From NCBI GenBank assembly GCA_963744995.1, contig CAVUWA010000010.1, positions 576,001-640,000 of the forward strand: 64,000 nt of DNA, given 5' to 3'. The notes below the pieces were generated by a model, which worked only from the letters and a program-made list of their open reading frames with translations, did no database searches and was not told where the DNA came from. A program made the translations under genes and the position numbers. This document shows positions 47,891-57,134 of the stretch, in pieces; position 1 is the first letter of the stretch, and each line of letters begins with the position of its first letter. This stretch comes from Candidatus Eiseniibacteriota bacterium (GTDB taxonomy: Bacteria > Eisenbacteria > RBG-16-71-46).

Positions 47891-48853
47891 TTACGGGAGT
47901 TCCGACAGACCCTTCTGCAGCAGCGCCCGCGCATAGTCGGGATTGTGGACGCCCATGCTCTTGTCCTCATGCGCGACGTAGAGCCAGTTGTAGAGCGCGA
48001 TGCCCTGGGCTTCAGGCGCCGAGGTGACGGTCGGGTGACCATCCGGCGAGTTCTCGCTGATGAGGTTCAGCGCCAGCAGCTTCTCGCCGAGCGAGTCCGC
48101 CAGAGCCGCGATCTCGGTCTGCACCCCGCCGATGTCGAAGTTGGTCGCCCCGGGGTGGCACTTCTGGCACGTCGCGACCGCCGGCTCGAAGTGGTGATCG
48201 AGCCCGTCGCCCAGGTGGCAGGTGACGCAGGTGTTGGCCGCGGCGCCGTAGTGGCCGCTCGGGCTGCCCGTCACGCCGGCACCGGCGACGCCGAGCAGCA
48301 TGGCGCTCTGCGGGCCGTGGTGCGGGCCCCAGTGCGTCGAGATGCCGGTGATCGTGCCGTTCACCGCCACCGGACCGTCGCGCCGCGGCTGGTGGCAATT
48401 GACGCACAGGTTGCCTTCGCCGCCGTTGAAGGTCACCGGGTTGTCGAGCGCGAACAGCGTGACCGGCGCCGTGGTGCGCAGCGCGAAGTCCTTCATCGTG
48501 TACGTGCTGTGGATCATGTGGCAGGCACGGCAGTCCTGGCGCGTCGGATCCGGATCGCCTTCCGTCACCTCGCCCGGATTCTGCCCGGCCGCGATCATCT
48601 CCTGGAACGCGTGGCCGGAGTGACACCCGGCGCAACTCGCGCTCGTCCCGCGCACGTAGGCCGTTCCGGTGCCGTGCACCGACTCGGCCCACTCGGTCTT
48701 CTTACCGGTGATCAGGTTGCTTTCGTCGTGACAGTCCGCGCAGCTCAGCGGCCCCGAAGCCGTCTCGACGCGCGTGATCTTGCGTTCGCACGACGTCAGC
48801 CCGATCGCCACGATGGCGATCGCTGCGAACGTCACCAATCTCTTGAAAAGCAT
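47891..48853 (-). CDS. Hexaheme c-type cytochrome lipoprotein (OmcB/cytochrome c552-like C-terminus)
   Basis: AAGGAGG RBS; lipobox 'LTSC'; six CxxCH (CADCH, CAGCH, CRACH, CVNCH, CVTCH, CQKCH); C-terminal helices with 'DKSMGVHNPDYARALL'. Confidence 0.9.
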   Translation of the reverse strand: MLFKRLVTFAAIAIVAIGLTSCERKITRVETASGPLSCADCHDESNLITGKKTEWAESVHGTGTAYVRGTSASCAGCHSGHAFQEMIAAGQNPGEVTEGDPDPTRQDCRACHMIHSTYTMKDFALRTTAPVTLFALDNPVTFNGGEGNLCVNCHQPRRDGPVAVNGTITGISTHWGPHHGPQSAMLLGVAGAGVTGSPSGHYGAAANTCVTCHLGDGLDHHFEPAVATCQKCHPGATNFDIGGVQTEIAALADSLGEKLLALNLISENSPDGHPTVTSAPEAQGIALYNWLYVAHEDKSMGVHNPDYARALLQKGLSELP

Positions 48854-48983
48854 CGCCGCAACCTCCTTCGGCTCATCCAGCCTGTTGCTGCCTGTTCTCA
48901 CTTCACGTTGAAACGGTTTCGTACCTTGTTTCCTCTTCAACACCATCAGGCCACCGCCTGCTTCACTTCACTCCGCGTTGCGG

Positions 48984-50534
48984 TCACAGGTCGTAACCCA
49001 GATCCACCCGCACCACGTTCGCGGTGTAGTACCGGTCCAGCAGGATGTAGTCGTCGTAGTTGTAAACGTTGTACTTGACCTCCAGGTGATACCGCTGCGC
49101 CAACTTCACCGCGCCTTCCACGAACACCAGCGACTTCTCGATGTCGAGATCCTTGCCGATGTCCAGGTAGGTGACCCCGCTTGCGAGGGTCACGTTCGGG
49201 ATCCGGCTGACTTCGACGCGCCCCGTGACGATGTCGCTGCGCGTGTCGAAGCGTGAGATCCGGTCGATGTACTCGTCCTCCGCGTGACTGTAGTCGCCGA
49301 AGAGGGCTCCCCATCCCGGCATGTCGTAGCGGATGAACGTGCCCGCCACCGTGCCGTGCACGGTCACGTCGATATCGGGCAGGTCGCGTTCGCGCCGCGT
49401 GTAATCGGCGCCGGCCGAGAGGCGCTTCACCGGTCGCACCTCGAGTTTTCCGCGCACCCGCGAGGACTCGATGTCCTTGAGCAGGGTGAGGTCCTCCTGG
49501 TCCTTCTTGACGCGGCCCGAATAGTCCACGACGGCGGTGAGCATCGGGTCGGGGCGCAGCGTCGCGCCCGCGTGCCAGCTGTGATAGGTCGACAGCGTGC
49601 GGTCGTCGTCGTTCGTCTCGTAGCCATAGCCGGCGTTGACGCGGCCGTAGGTACCGAACCAGCTCATGTCGAAGTCGTTGATGAAACGGTCCGTCTTGAG
49701 CTCGAGCACGTTGTCGTCCACGCGGCTCGCGTCGAACGCGTAGCGGAACTGATACCAGGCCCACGGCTGCACGACCGACGTGTACTGGAAGCTCGAGAGC
49801 TTGTATTCGGCGTCGCCGTTGGTGAGCTTGCGGGTGCCGTAGGAGCCGCGCACCAGGTTCGTCCACTTCTCGTAGAACGGCATCGGCGCGTAGGCCCGCG
49901 CCGCGACGACCTGGCCGCGGCGGTCGGCCCTGGAGTCCAGATCGTCGGAGTAGTCCGACATTTCGTAGGACACCGCGGCGCCGCGCCGGTAGCCGCGCAC
50001 ATCCGCCTCGAGCCGTCCGCGGAGATACGCGTTGTCGTAGCGGTCGCCGAAGGCACTCATCGTGCCGAGCGGATAGCCCAGCCGCTCGCCCTCGTGCGTC
50101 ACGCGACCGAGATCGCCCGACAGCGACAGCAGACGGCTCGGCGTGTAGCGCATGCCGACGTTCCAGTCCTTGCGAGCGGCGGTGACGCCGCGGGCCGGAT
50201 CGAATACGTAGCGGCTCTGGTCGTAGTTCCCGGTCATGCGGAACAGGCCGGGCACCCGGTACGTGAGGTTGCCGGCGCGCGAGTCGAGGTTGATGTCACG
50301 CAGATCGAGCGTGAACAGGCTGCGCGGGCTGAAGGTTCCGTTGAGCTGGATCCGGCTGAGCGCGAAGCCGTCGTAGATGTCGTAGGTCTCCTGCACCGCC
50401 GAGCGGTCGCCCTCTTCATCGAGGAAGATCCCGCCCATTTTCACGGTGCCGTTCAGCGTCCCCGCCCACCCGGGAGCGGCGGCGAACGCCATGATCACCG
50501 TCGTGATCATCATCGCCATCGTGTGAGTACGCAT
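48984..50534 (-). CDS. Outer-membrane beta-barrel associated with a decaheme cytochrome (MtrB/PioB-like)
   Basis: Signal peptide; Tyr/Asp/Arg-rich amphipathic strands; terminal 'VRVDLGYDL'; directly downstream of the decaheme gene. Confidence 0.75.
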   Translation of the reverse strand: MRTHTMAMMITTVIMAFAAAPGWAGTLNGTVKMGGIFLDEEGDRSAVQETYDIYDGFALSRIQLNGTFSPRSLFTLDLRDINLDSRAGNLTYRVPGLFRMTGNYDQSRYVFDPARGVTAARKDWNVGMRYTPSRLLSLSGDLGRVTHEGERLGYPLGTMSAFGDRYDNAYLRGRLEADVRGYRRGAAVSYEMSDYSDDLDSRADRRGQVVAARAYAPMPFYEKWTNLVRGSYGTRKLTNGDAEYKLSSFQYTSVVQPWAWYQFRYAFDASRVDDNVLELKTDRFINDFDMSWFGTYGRVNAGYGYETNDDDRTLSTYHSWHAGATLRPDPMLTAVVDYSGRVKKDQEDLTLLKDIESSRVRGKLEVRPVKRLSAGADYTRRERDLPDIDVTVHGTVAGTFIRYDMPGWGALFGDYSHAEDEYIDRISRFDTRSDIVTGRVEVSRIPNVTLASGVTYLDIGKDLDIEKSLVFVEGAVKLAQRYHLEVKYNVYNYDDYILLDRYYTANVVRVDLGYDL

Positions 50535-50547
50535 TTCAGGCACCGTC

Positions 50548-51504
50548 CTAGCGGCCATGACAGGCTTGGTTGAAACAACCCTGGGATTTGAGAGAGGGAT
50601 CCAGCAGGAATCTGTTGTCGTACGAGCCGTGGATGTCCACGTGGCAGTCGTTGCAGGGAACGCTCGCCCACCGGGTGCCGTGCATCGGGTTCGAGAGGTG
50701 CCTCGGCACCGTGTGGCACTGCGTGCACAGCTGGCTGTGCGGCTGCGCGTACGGCTGCTTGAGCATGCGCGGCAGCGAGGAGCCGTGCGGATCGTGACAG
50801 GTGAGACAGCCGCCCTCTTCGGTCGAGTGATCGAGCGTCGCCGGATGCTCGTACGGGAACGGCCCGGAGAATTCGCCGTGGCAATTGAGGCAGACGTTGG
50901 TGCCGTTGTTGGACAGGGCGCGCGTGGTGCGATCGAGCGTCAGATGGCACTCGGTGCACTCGATGACGCCTTCCGCCACGGGATGCCGGTAGGGCTTCGC
51001 GAACTCGGCCTCCACCCGCGGGTGACAGCTCATGCAGAGCTGGCTCTGCGATGCCCTGAGCAGCGACAGCCGCTTGGAGCCGTGCACGCTGTGACAGCTG
51101 CTGCAGGCGATGCCGTTCGCGGCATGAACGTTCTTCTCCAGCATGTTCTGCTGGTGCGAGTTCTCATGGCAGCCCGAGCAGATGCGCGCTTCGGCGGTGG
51201 CCCCCACCTTGGCGGGATTGGGCATCGGATTGGCTTCGGGATCCTCTTCCCAGTGCTTGCGGCTTCCGGCATGGCAGTCCGTGCAGGCAATGCGGGCCTC
51301 GGCGCCGTCATGCGTCGTCCCCGCCCAGTGCGGCGTCCCGGCCATCGTCGTGTCCTGGCCCGCATGGCAGTCGAGACATGCCGTGCTCTCCCGCACCCGT
51401 TCCGCCGCGCCGGGTCCGCGCCCCATGAAACCCGACAGCACGGCCAGCGCCATGCAGATCAGGAGGATCAGAGGCATGTGTCGCAACGTGATCTCACGTG
51501 ACAT
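50548..51504 (-). CDS. Periplasmic decaheme c-type cytochrome (DmsE/MtrA/PioA-like) with an extra C-terminal CX4CH
   Basis: Ten CxxCH motifs plus a terminal CFNQACH; 'PYRHPV', 'GPFPYEHP', 'CHDPHGS', 'CHVDIHGS' are MtrA-type motifs. Confidence 0.9.
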   Translation of the reverse strand: MSREITLRHMPLILLICMALAVLSGFMGRGPGAAERVRESTACLDCHAGQDTTMAGTPHWAGTTHDGAEARIACTDCHAGSRKHWEEDPEANPMPNPAKVGATAEARICSGCHENSHQQNMLEKNVHAANGIACSSCHSVHGSKRLSLLRASQSQLCMSCHPRVEAEFAKPYRHPVAEGVIECTECHLTLDRTTRALSNNGTNVCLNCHGEFSGPFPYEHPATLDHSTEEGGCLTCHDPHGSSLPRMLKQPYAQPHSQLCTQCHTVPRHLSNPMHGTRWASVPCNDCHVDIHGSYDNRFLLDPSLKSQGCFNQACHGR

Positions 51505-52132
51505 TCGGCGTACCCCCGGCAGTCATCCCAGCATCAATGCGAAGCCTGCGCGCATCGCGGGCAGGCGAGGTTTCGACAGATTCTTCAGGGTGGCTCGGAT
51601 GGAAGGGCGTCCGGGACCGCGTCGAGCGGCGGTCATCGTTGTGGGTGCGCACCCGCCGGCCCCCCGACCCCACCACGTCCGATCCGTGGCGTCGAAGTGC
51701 GCGAGATGCGCGATTCAAGCTGACTATCCGGGCCCTGTGCATCGAGTGCATCTCTCTGCGGGCGACCTCGCCCGAGTGAGCCGCGTCAGCCGTGACCGAG
51801 CCGGTCACGGTGCCGGTGTTCGCCCGATCTTTTTCGGACTTCTGCCGGCCGGACTACAAAGAGGTTCGGACGTTCCACGCCGAACCTGAAGGGACCTTCA
51901 CAGCTTCCGAACAGTCCGTCAAGGCTTTGGCGCACTTGCGAGTATGGTCCGTTGGTATACGTCGCACGCGAATGCATCCGGGGCATGGTTCCAACGTCGC
52001 ATTCGCATCGTTTTGCGCGTGCCGCGGGCGCCCGGCGAGAGTTCCGGCACGGGTTTCGCACCGCTCGAAACGGTCCATGACCGTCGCCCGATCCGGGTCC
52101 TGATCGCGGCGCGCCGGAGCGGGAAGACGAAA

Positions 52133-52160
52133 CGCCGGAGCGAATCCGTCCGCTCCGGCG
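52133..52160 (-). terminator. Probable terminator after the SPOR gene
   Basis: Minus strand: CGCCGGAGCG-GACGGATT-CGCTCCGGCG followed by TTTCGTCTT. Confidence 0.5.
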
Positions 52161-52231
52161 CTCCATGGTCCGCTTCTCTGCTTCGCGCCGCGGGCGCCGC
52201 CGCGGCCGCGTGCCGGCGGCGGTGCCGCGCG

Positions 52232-52981
52232 CTACTTCGGCGCCGTCACCACCCGCGCCTGCTCTACCGCGCCCTTGCCAAGCAGATCGTTGGCGGCTTT
52301 GACCGCGGCGGCCCGGCTCGAATACTTGCCCAGGTAGACGTGATAGACCGCGTTGTCGCCGCTGCCCACTGCGGCCACCTTCGCATCGAGACCGGTCGAG
52401 GCCTTCAGCGTCTCCGCCGCCTTGTTCGCCGGCGCCTCGAACAGGAACTCACCCGCGTCCAAGGCGAACGGACCGGCCTCCTGCGGTGCTTCTTCAGCCG
52501 CGCCCCCCGCCGCAGCCGAACTGCCCGACGCGCTCGTGCCGCCCGTGGCACTTCCCGCCGGCTTCCCGGCGGCCTTCGCCTGCGCGGCGATGATCTGCCG
52601 CTGCTTCCACTTCGGCAGCTTGTTGAACGCGGCGATCGAGTCGGCGCGTGCCGCGGCCGCCAGACTGTCGGCATGGGCGCGCGCGGCGGCGAGCGAATCG
52701 GCGACCGCCTTCTCGCGCGCCTGAATGGCCGCGACCCGTGCGGCTTCGGCCTTCACCTGCGCCTGATGATTCTGATAGAGCCACCAGCCGCCTGCGATGA
52801 CCGCAAGGATGACGACGATCGTGACGATCATGCCGACGGGAGAGCGCTTCTGGGGCTCCCAATCGATGTCGCCTCCGGTCTCTTCGTCGCCGAGTTTGTC
52901 TCTCAGGCGCGCGGGCAGCCGGTAGTCGCTCGCCGGCTTCTCCGCGCCGGGTTCCTTCTCCTGATCTTCCGTTCCACTCAT
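52232..52981 (-). CDS. SPOR-domain membrane protein
   Basis: Single TM, Ala-rich coiled coil ('ADSLAAA' repeats), C-terminal 'YHVYLGKYSSRAAA' SPOR-like domain. Confidence 0.75.
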   Translation of the reverse strand: MSGTEDQEKEPGAEKPASDYRLPARLRDKLGDEETGGDIDWEPQKRSPVGMIVTIVVILAVIAGGWWLYQNHQAQVKAEAARVAAIQAREKAVADSLAAARAHADSLAAAARADSIAAFNKLPKWKQRQIIAAQAKAAGKPAGSATGGTSASGSSAAAGGAAEEAPQEAGPFALDAGEFLFEAPANKAAETLKASTGLDAKVAAVGSGDNAVYHVYLGKYSSRAAAVKAANDLLGKGAVEQARVVTAPK

Positions 52982-53218
52982 GATTCCTCCTCACACGGGA
53001 CGGCAGCGGGGCGCCGGCGTCGCGGATTCATCGGGTCGCCCGGAAAACACGTGCCCGCCACCATATCAAATGGCGACCCGGGAATCGCATCGGGCGCCGC
53101 ACGTGGCCCGGGCACGGAGGCCGGCGGACCTCAGCAGCGGGCGGCAAGGGTGCGCCGGAGGGTAACCCGGTCCCGCCATGCCGTGGCGGCGTGGCGGGTC
53201 AGACCGGGGCGTCCCCCA

Positions 53219-54139
53219 TCAGGCCTTCACGAGGGGCGCGCCACCCTGGTTCTCCGCCACGCGGCGCTCGATCCGCGCCCAGCGTTCGTCCACCCCGTGC
53301 TGGATCGCCCGGACGTCGTCTTCGCCGAGCTGGCGGAAGCGGCCCTGCCGGCTCAGGTACTCCGCGACCGGCGTTCCCTCGGGCCGGACCGTCACCCGCC
53401 ACGTCTCGCCGTGCTCGACCTCGAGCAGCGGGAAGACGCGGGACTGCACGGCCAGACGCGACAGCGCGATCGTCTCGGCATCCTCGGTCTTCCACCCCGG
53501 CGGGCAGGGCGCCATCACGTGGAGGAAGCGCATGCCGTGAATGGCTCTCGCCTTCGTGACCTTCGCCATCAGATCTTCGGGGTAGGCCAGCGTGGCGCTC
53601 GCCGCATAGGGGATGCGGTGGGCCGCGAGGATCGCGAGAATGTCCTTCTTGGGATGCGATTTCGTGTGCAGGCCCGGCGTCGTCGTGGTCCATGCGCCGA
53701 ACGGGGTGGCCGACGAGCGCTGGATGCCGGTATTCATGTACGCCTCGTTGTCGTAGCAGACGTACAGAATGTCCTCGTTGCGCTCCGCCGCGCCCGACAG
53801 GGCCTGCAGGCCGATGTCGAACGTGCCGCCGTCGCCGGCCCATGCGACCACCTGGGTCTCCGTGTCGCCGCGCGCGAGCAGCGCCGCCTTGATTCCCGAC
53901 GCCACCGAAGCGCCGGTCTCGAACGCGGTGTGGTAGAGCGGCACCTTGAGCGACGTCTGCGGGTACGGTCCGGCGATGATGCTCCAGCAGCAGGCCGGCA
54001 GCGCCACGATGGTCCGCTCGCCGAGTCCCTTGAGCACCATGCGCATCGCCAGCGCGGCGCCGCAGCCCGGACAGGCGAGATGTCCGGAATCGAGCAGCTC
54101 GTCCTGCGGGATCGCGTCCTTGAACATCGTCTGCGTCAT
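53219..54139 (-). CDS. porB: 2-oxoacid:ferredoxin oxidoreductase beta subunit (TPP-binding)
   Basis: 'GHLACPGCG', 'AGDGGTFDIG', 'YDNEAYMNTGIQRS', 'APCPPGW'. Confidence 0.93.
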   Translation of the reverse strand: MTQTMFKDAIPQDELLDSGHLACPGCGAALAMRMVLKGLGERTIVALPACCWSIIAGPYPQTSLKVPLYHTAFETGASVASGIKAALLARGDTETQVVAWAGDGGTFDIGLQALSGAAERNEDILYVCYDNEAYMNTGIQRSSATPFGAWTTTTPGLHTKSHPKKDILAILAAHRIPYAASATLAYPEDLMAKVTKARAIHGMRFLHVMAPCPPGWKTEDAETIALSRLAVQSRVFPLLEVEHGETWRVTVRPEGTPVAEYLSRQGRFRQLGEDDVRAIQHGVDERWARIERRVAENQGGAPLVKA

Positions 54140-55302
54140 GGCTTCACCCCCACCCATTCGTCTTCGCGCACGGCCTGGGAGATACCTTCTCCCTGCGTGC
54201 GGTCCAGGCACTCGCCGATCAGCGCCGGCGTCACGTCCCGGCCGCCGAGCCCGATCACGTAGCCGTCCACGTGCGGGCGTTCCCGGTCGTCCACGTCGTA
54301 GAGCGCCGAGCGCAGCTCTTCGGCGAAGATCCCGCCGTGGCCGGGCGAGATGTTGCGATCGAGCACCGCCACGCGCGGCACGCCGGCGAGCGCCTCGCGC
54401 AGCTCGCGCGTCGGGAACGGGCGGAACATCTTGATCTTGACGAGCCCCACCTTTTCACCGCGGGCACGGCGTTCGTTCACCACGTGCCGTGCCGTCGAGG
54501 TGACCGTGCCCGAGGTGACGAGCACGGTCTCGGCGCCGTCCACGTGGTAGCGCTCGATCGCGCCCCACGCGCGGCCGAAACGGCGCGCCCAGTCCGCTTC
54601 GATCGCACGCATCGTCTCGGGCACCCGGTCGAACGCCTCCTGCTGGCGCTTGCGCATCTCCATGTAGACCGCCGGCGTGGTGAGCGCTCCGAACGCCCGC
54701 GGATTCGCGATGTCGAGTTTGAGTTCGGTCTCGCGGCGCGGCAGGAATGCATCCACGGCGTCCGGCTCGGGGATGTCCACGGGCTCGGAGGTGTGCGACA
54801 GGAAGAACGCGTCGAGCACGATCATCACCGGGAGATTCAGGGTCTCGGCGAGGCGGAACGCCTGCACGGTGGTGTCGAGCACTTCCTGGTTGTTCTCGCA
54901 GTAGAGCTGCACCCACCCGGTATCGCGCTGGGCGAGCGTGTCGTTCTGATCGGTCCAGATGTTCCAGCCGGGCGCGACGGCGCGGTTGACGTCGGCCATC
55001 ACGATCGGCAGCCGCCCGAGCCCCGCCCAGTGGAGCAGCTCGTGCATGAGCAGCAGGCCCTGCGACGACGTGGCGGTGAACGCGCGCACGCCGGCGGCGG
55101 AAGCGCCGATGGACGCCGCCATCGCCGAGTGCTCCGATTCGACCTTGATGAAGCGGGCCGCGAGCCGGCCGTCGGCGCACATTTCCGCCAGCTCCTCGAC
55201 GATCTGGGTCTGGGGAGTGATCGGATAGGCCGCGATGACTTCGGCGCGGGCCAGCGCCACTCCCCACGACACCGCGTGGTTACCGACGATGACCTTCTTC
55301 AC
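54136..55302 (-). CDS. porA: 2-oxoacid:ferredoxin oxidoreductase alpha subunit
   Basis: 'AYPITPQT', 'ESEHSA', 'TATSSQGL', 'FRPFP', 'GLGGRDV'; GTGA overlap with the upstream stop. Confidence 0.93.
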   Translation of the reverse strand: MKKVIVGNHAVSWGVALARAEVIAAYPITPQTQIVEELAEMCADGRLAARFIKVESEHSAMAASIGASAAGVRAFTATSSQGLLLMHELLHWAGLGRLPIVMADVNRAVAPGWNIWTDQNDTLAQRDTGWVQLYCENNQEVLDTTVQAFRLAETLNLPVMIVLDAFFLSHTSEPVDIPEPDAVDAFLPRRETELKLDIANPRAFGALTTPAVYMEMRKRQQEAFDRVPETMRAIEADWARRFGRAWGAIERYHVDGAETVLVTSGTVTSTARHVVNERRARGEKVGLVKIKMFRPFPTRELREALAGVPRVAVLDRNISPGHGGIFAEELRSALYDVDDRERPHVDGYVIGLGGRDVTPALIGECLDRTQGEGISQAVREDEWVGVKP

Positions 55303-57134
55303 AGTCCCTCCCGCGTCATGACGATGGCCCCGCGCGGGCATTCTTCCGCGCACACGCCGCAGCCCTTGCAGTAGTCGTAGTCGATGTCGAAGCGTCCGTC
55401 CTCACGCCGCGTAATCGCGACGTCCGGACAGAACACCAGGCACACCTCGCACCCGTTGCACACGCCGCAGTTGAAGCAGCGCCGCGCTTCGGCCAGTGCA
55501 TCGTCCCGCCTGAGGCCCAGATTCGCCTCGCTGAAGTCGTGACGCGCCTGGTACGACGGGCGCTGGCGGTCGTCGTGCCGCGGAGCGGTCTCGAAGTGGG
55601 CGAAGTTCAGGTCCGCCGGGCCCGCGACTTCGTTGACCGGATTCACCCGGACGACGGGATCGCTCTCGAGCCACTTCGCGACCGACAGATTGCCGTCGGG
55701 TCCGAGCCGCAGCTCGCCCAGCTCGACCGCATCCGGGTCCATCCCGTCGAGCAGCCGCAGGTAGTGGTCGATCCCGATCGCCGCGCGCTTGCCCGAGCCG
55801 ATCGCGAATGCGACCGTGTGCGGCTCCTCGATCACGTCGCCGCCCGCGAACAGCGCCGTGCGGCTGGTGTTGCCGAGCGGCGACACGTGCAGGGCGCCGT
55901 TGCGGTTCTCGAGTTCCGGCGGCAGGGTGTCGAGGTCGACCTCCTCGCCGAGCGCGGTCACCACCGCGTCGCACGGCACCGTGAATTCGGTGCCCGGCAC
56001 CGGCTCGGGCCGCCGGCGGCCGGAGGCGTCGGGCGCGCCGAGCGACATCTTCACGCAGGAGACCCCGGTGACGCGGCCCCGGGTTCCCGGTGTGTCGAAC
56101 GTGTTGAAGGTGTCGCCGACGGCATCGAGCGGTTCCTGATCGGGCGCGGCGGCTTCTCCAAGGATCGCCACGGGCGCGGCGAGGAAGCCGAAGCGCACGC
56201 CTTCGTGGAGCGCAGCCTCCACTTCTTCGTGATTGGCCGGCATCTCCGCCCGACCGCGCCGGTAGAGCACCGTGACTTCCGCGCCGAGCCGCACTGCCGT
56301 GCGCGCGCAGTCCATGGCGGTGTTGCCGCCGCCCACGACCACCACCCGCCGGCCGAGGTGGGGACGGGCGCCGGCGTTCACCGCCTTGAGCAGCGCGAGA
56401 CCCTGCAGCACCTGCGGCAGGTCCTCGCCGGGGACCCCGAGCGGGCGCCGGCGCTGCACCCCGGTCGCGAGGAATACCGCATCGAAGCCGTCGAGCGCCT
56501 CGAACGGCAGATCGCGGCCCACACGGGTATGGCACTGGAAGCGCACGCCCATCGCACGGATGCGCTCGACCTCGTGGTGGAGCACGTTCTTGGGAAGCCG
56601 GTAGCCCGGAATCCCCCAGCGCAGCACCCCTCCGGGTTCGGCTTCCGCGTCGTATACGGTCACGGCGTAACCCAGCCGGCCGAGGTGGTAGGCGCAGGCG
56701 AGGCCCGCCGGGCCCGCGCCCACGACCGCTACGGTTTCTTCACGTCGCACCGCCGGGCGCTTCACGTCGGCACCCAGCGAGAGATCGCCGAGCATGCGTT
56801 CCACGGCGTGGATCGCGACGGGCTGGTCGAGGTGGGCCCGGTTGCAGGCGAGTTCGCACGGGTGGTAGCAGACACGGCCGGTCACCGCCGGCAGCGGGTT
56901 CTCGCGGAGCAGCAGATCGCGCGCGTCGTCGAGACGGTCCTCGCGAACCAGGTTCATCCAGCCTTCGATGTCCACCCCCACGGGGCAGCCCTGATTGCAC
57001 GGCGCGACCCGATCGCGATAGACGGGGCGGATGTACTTCCATGAGCCGGTCCGGTTCACGCGCGTCGAGGCGCTGCTCACGGCGACCGGCGGCACGCCGT
57101 GGACGAGATCGGGTTCGCGCGGCTCAGGAGACAT
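55299..57134 (-). CDS. GltD/NfnB/DsrL-like FAD/NAD(P)H oxidoreductase fused to a POR-delta-type ferredoxin domain
   Basis: N-terminal 'TGSWKYIRPVY'; 'PCNQGCP', 'GRVCYHPCELAC', 'GAGPAG', 'GGGNTAMDCAR', 'YRR'; C-terminal 'CFNCGVCNGCEVC...CP' and 'DYDYCKGCGVCAEECP'. Confidence 0.88.
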   Translation of the reverse strand: MSPEPREPDLVHGVPPVAVSSASTRVNRTGSWKYIRPVYRDRVAPCNQGCPVGVDIEGWMNLVREDRLDDARDLLLRENPLPAVTGRVCYHPCELACNRAHLDQPVAIHAVERMLGDLSLGADVKRPAVRREETVAVVGAGPAGLACAYHLGRLGYAVTVYDAEAEPGGVLRWGIPGYRLPKNVLHHEVERIRAMGVRFQCHTRVGRDLPFEALDGFDAVFLATGVQRRRPLGVPGEDLPQVLQGLALLKAVNAGARPHLGRRVVVVGGGNTAMDCARTAVRLGAEVTVLYRRGRAEMPANHEEVEAALHEGVRFGFLAAPVAILGEAAAPDQEPLDAVGDTFNTFDTPGTRGRVTGVSCVKMSLGAPDASGRRRPEPVPGTEFTVPCDAVVTALGEEVDLDTLPPELENRNGALHVSPLGNTSRTALFAGGDVIEEPHTVAFAIGSGKRAAIGIDHYLRLLDGMDPDAVELGELRLGPDGNLSVAKWLESDPVVRVNPVNEVAGPADLNFAHFETAPRHDDRQRPSYQARHDFSEANLGLRRDDALAEARRCFNCGVCNGCEVCLVFCPDVAITRREDGRFDIDYDYCKGCGVCAEECPRGAIVMTREGL

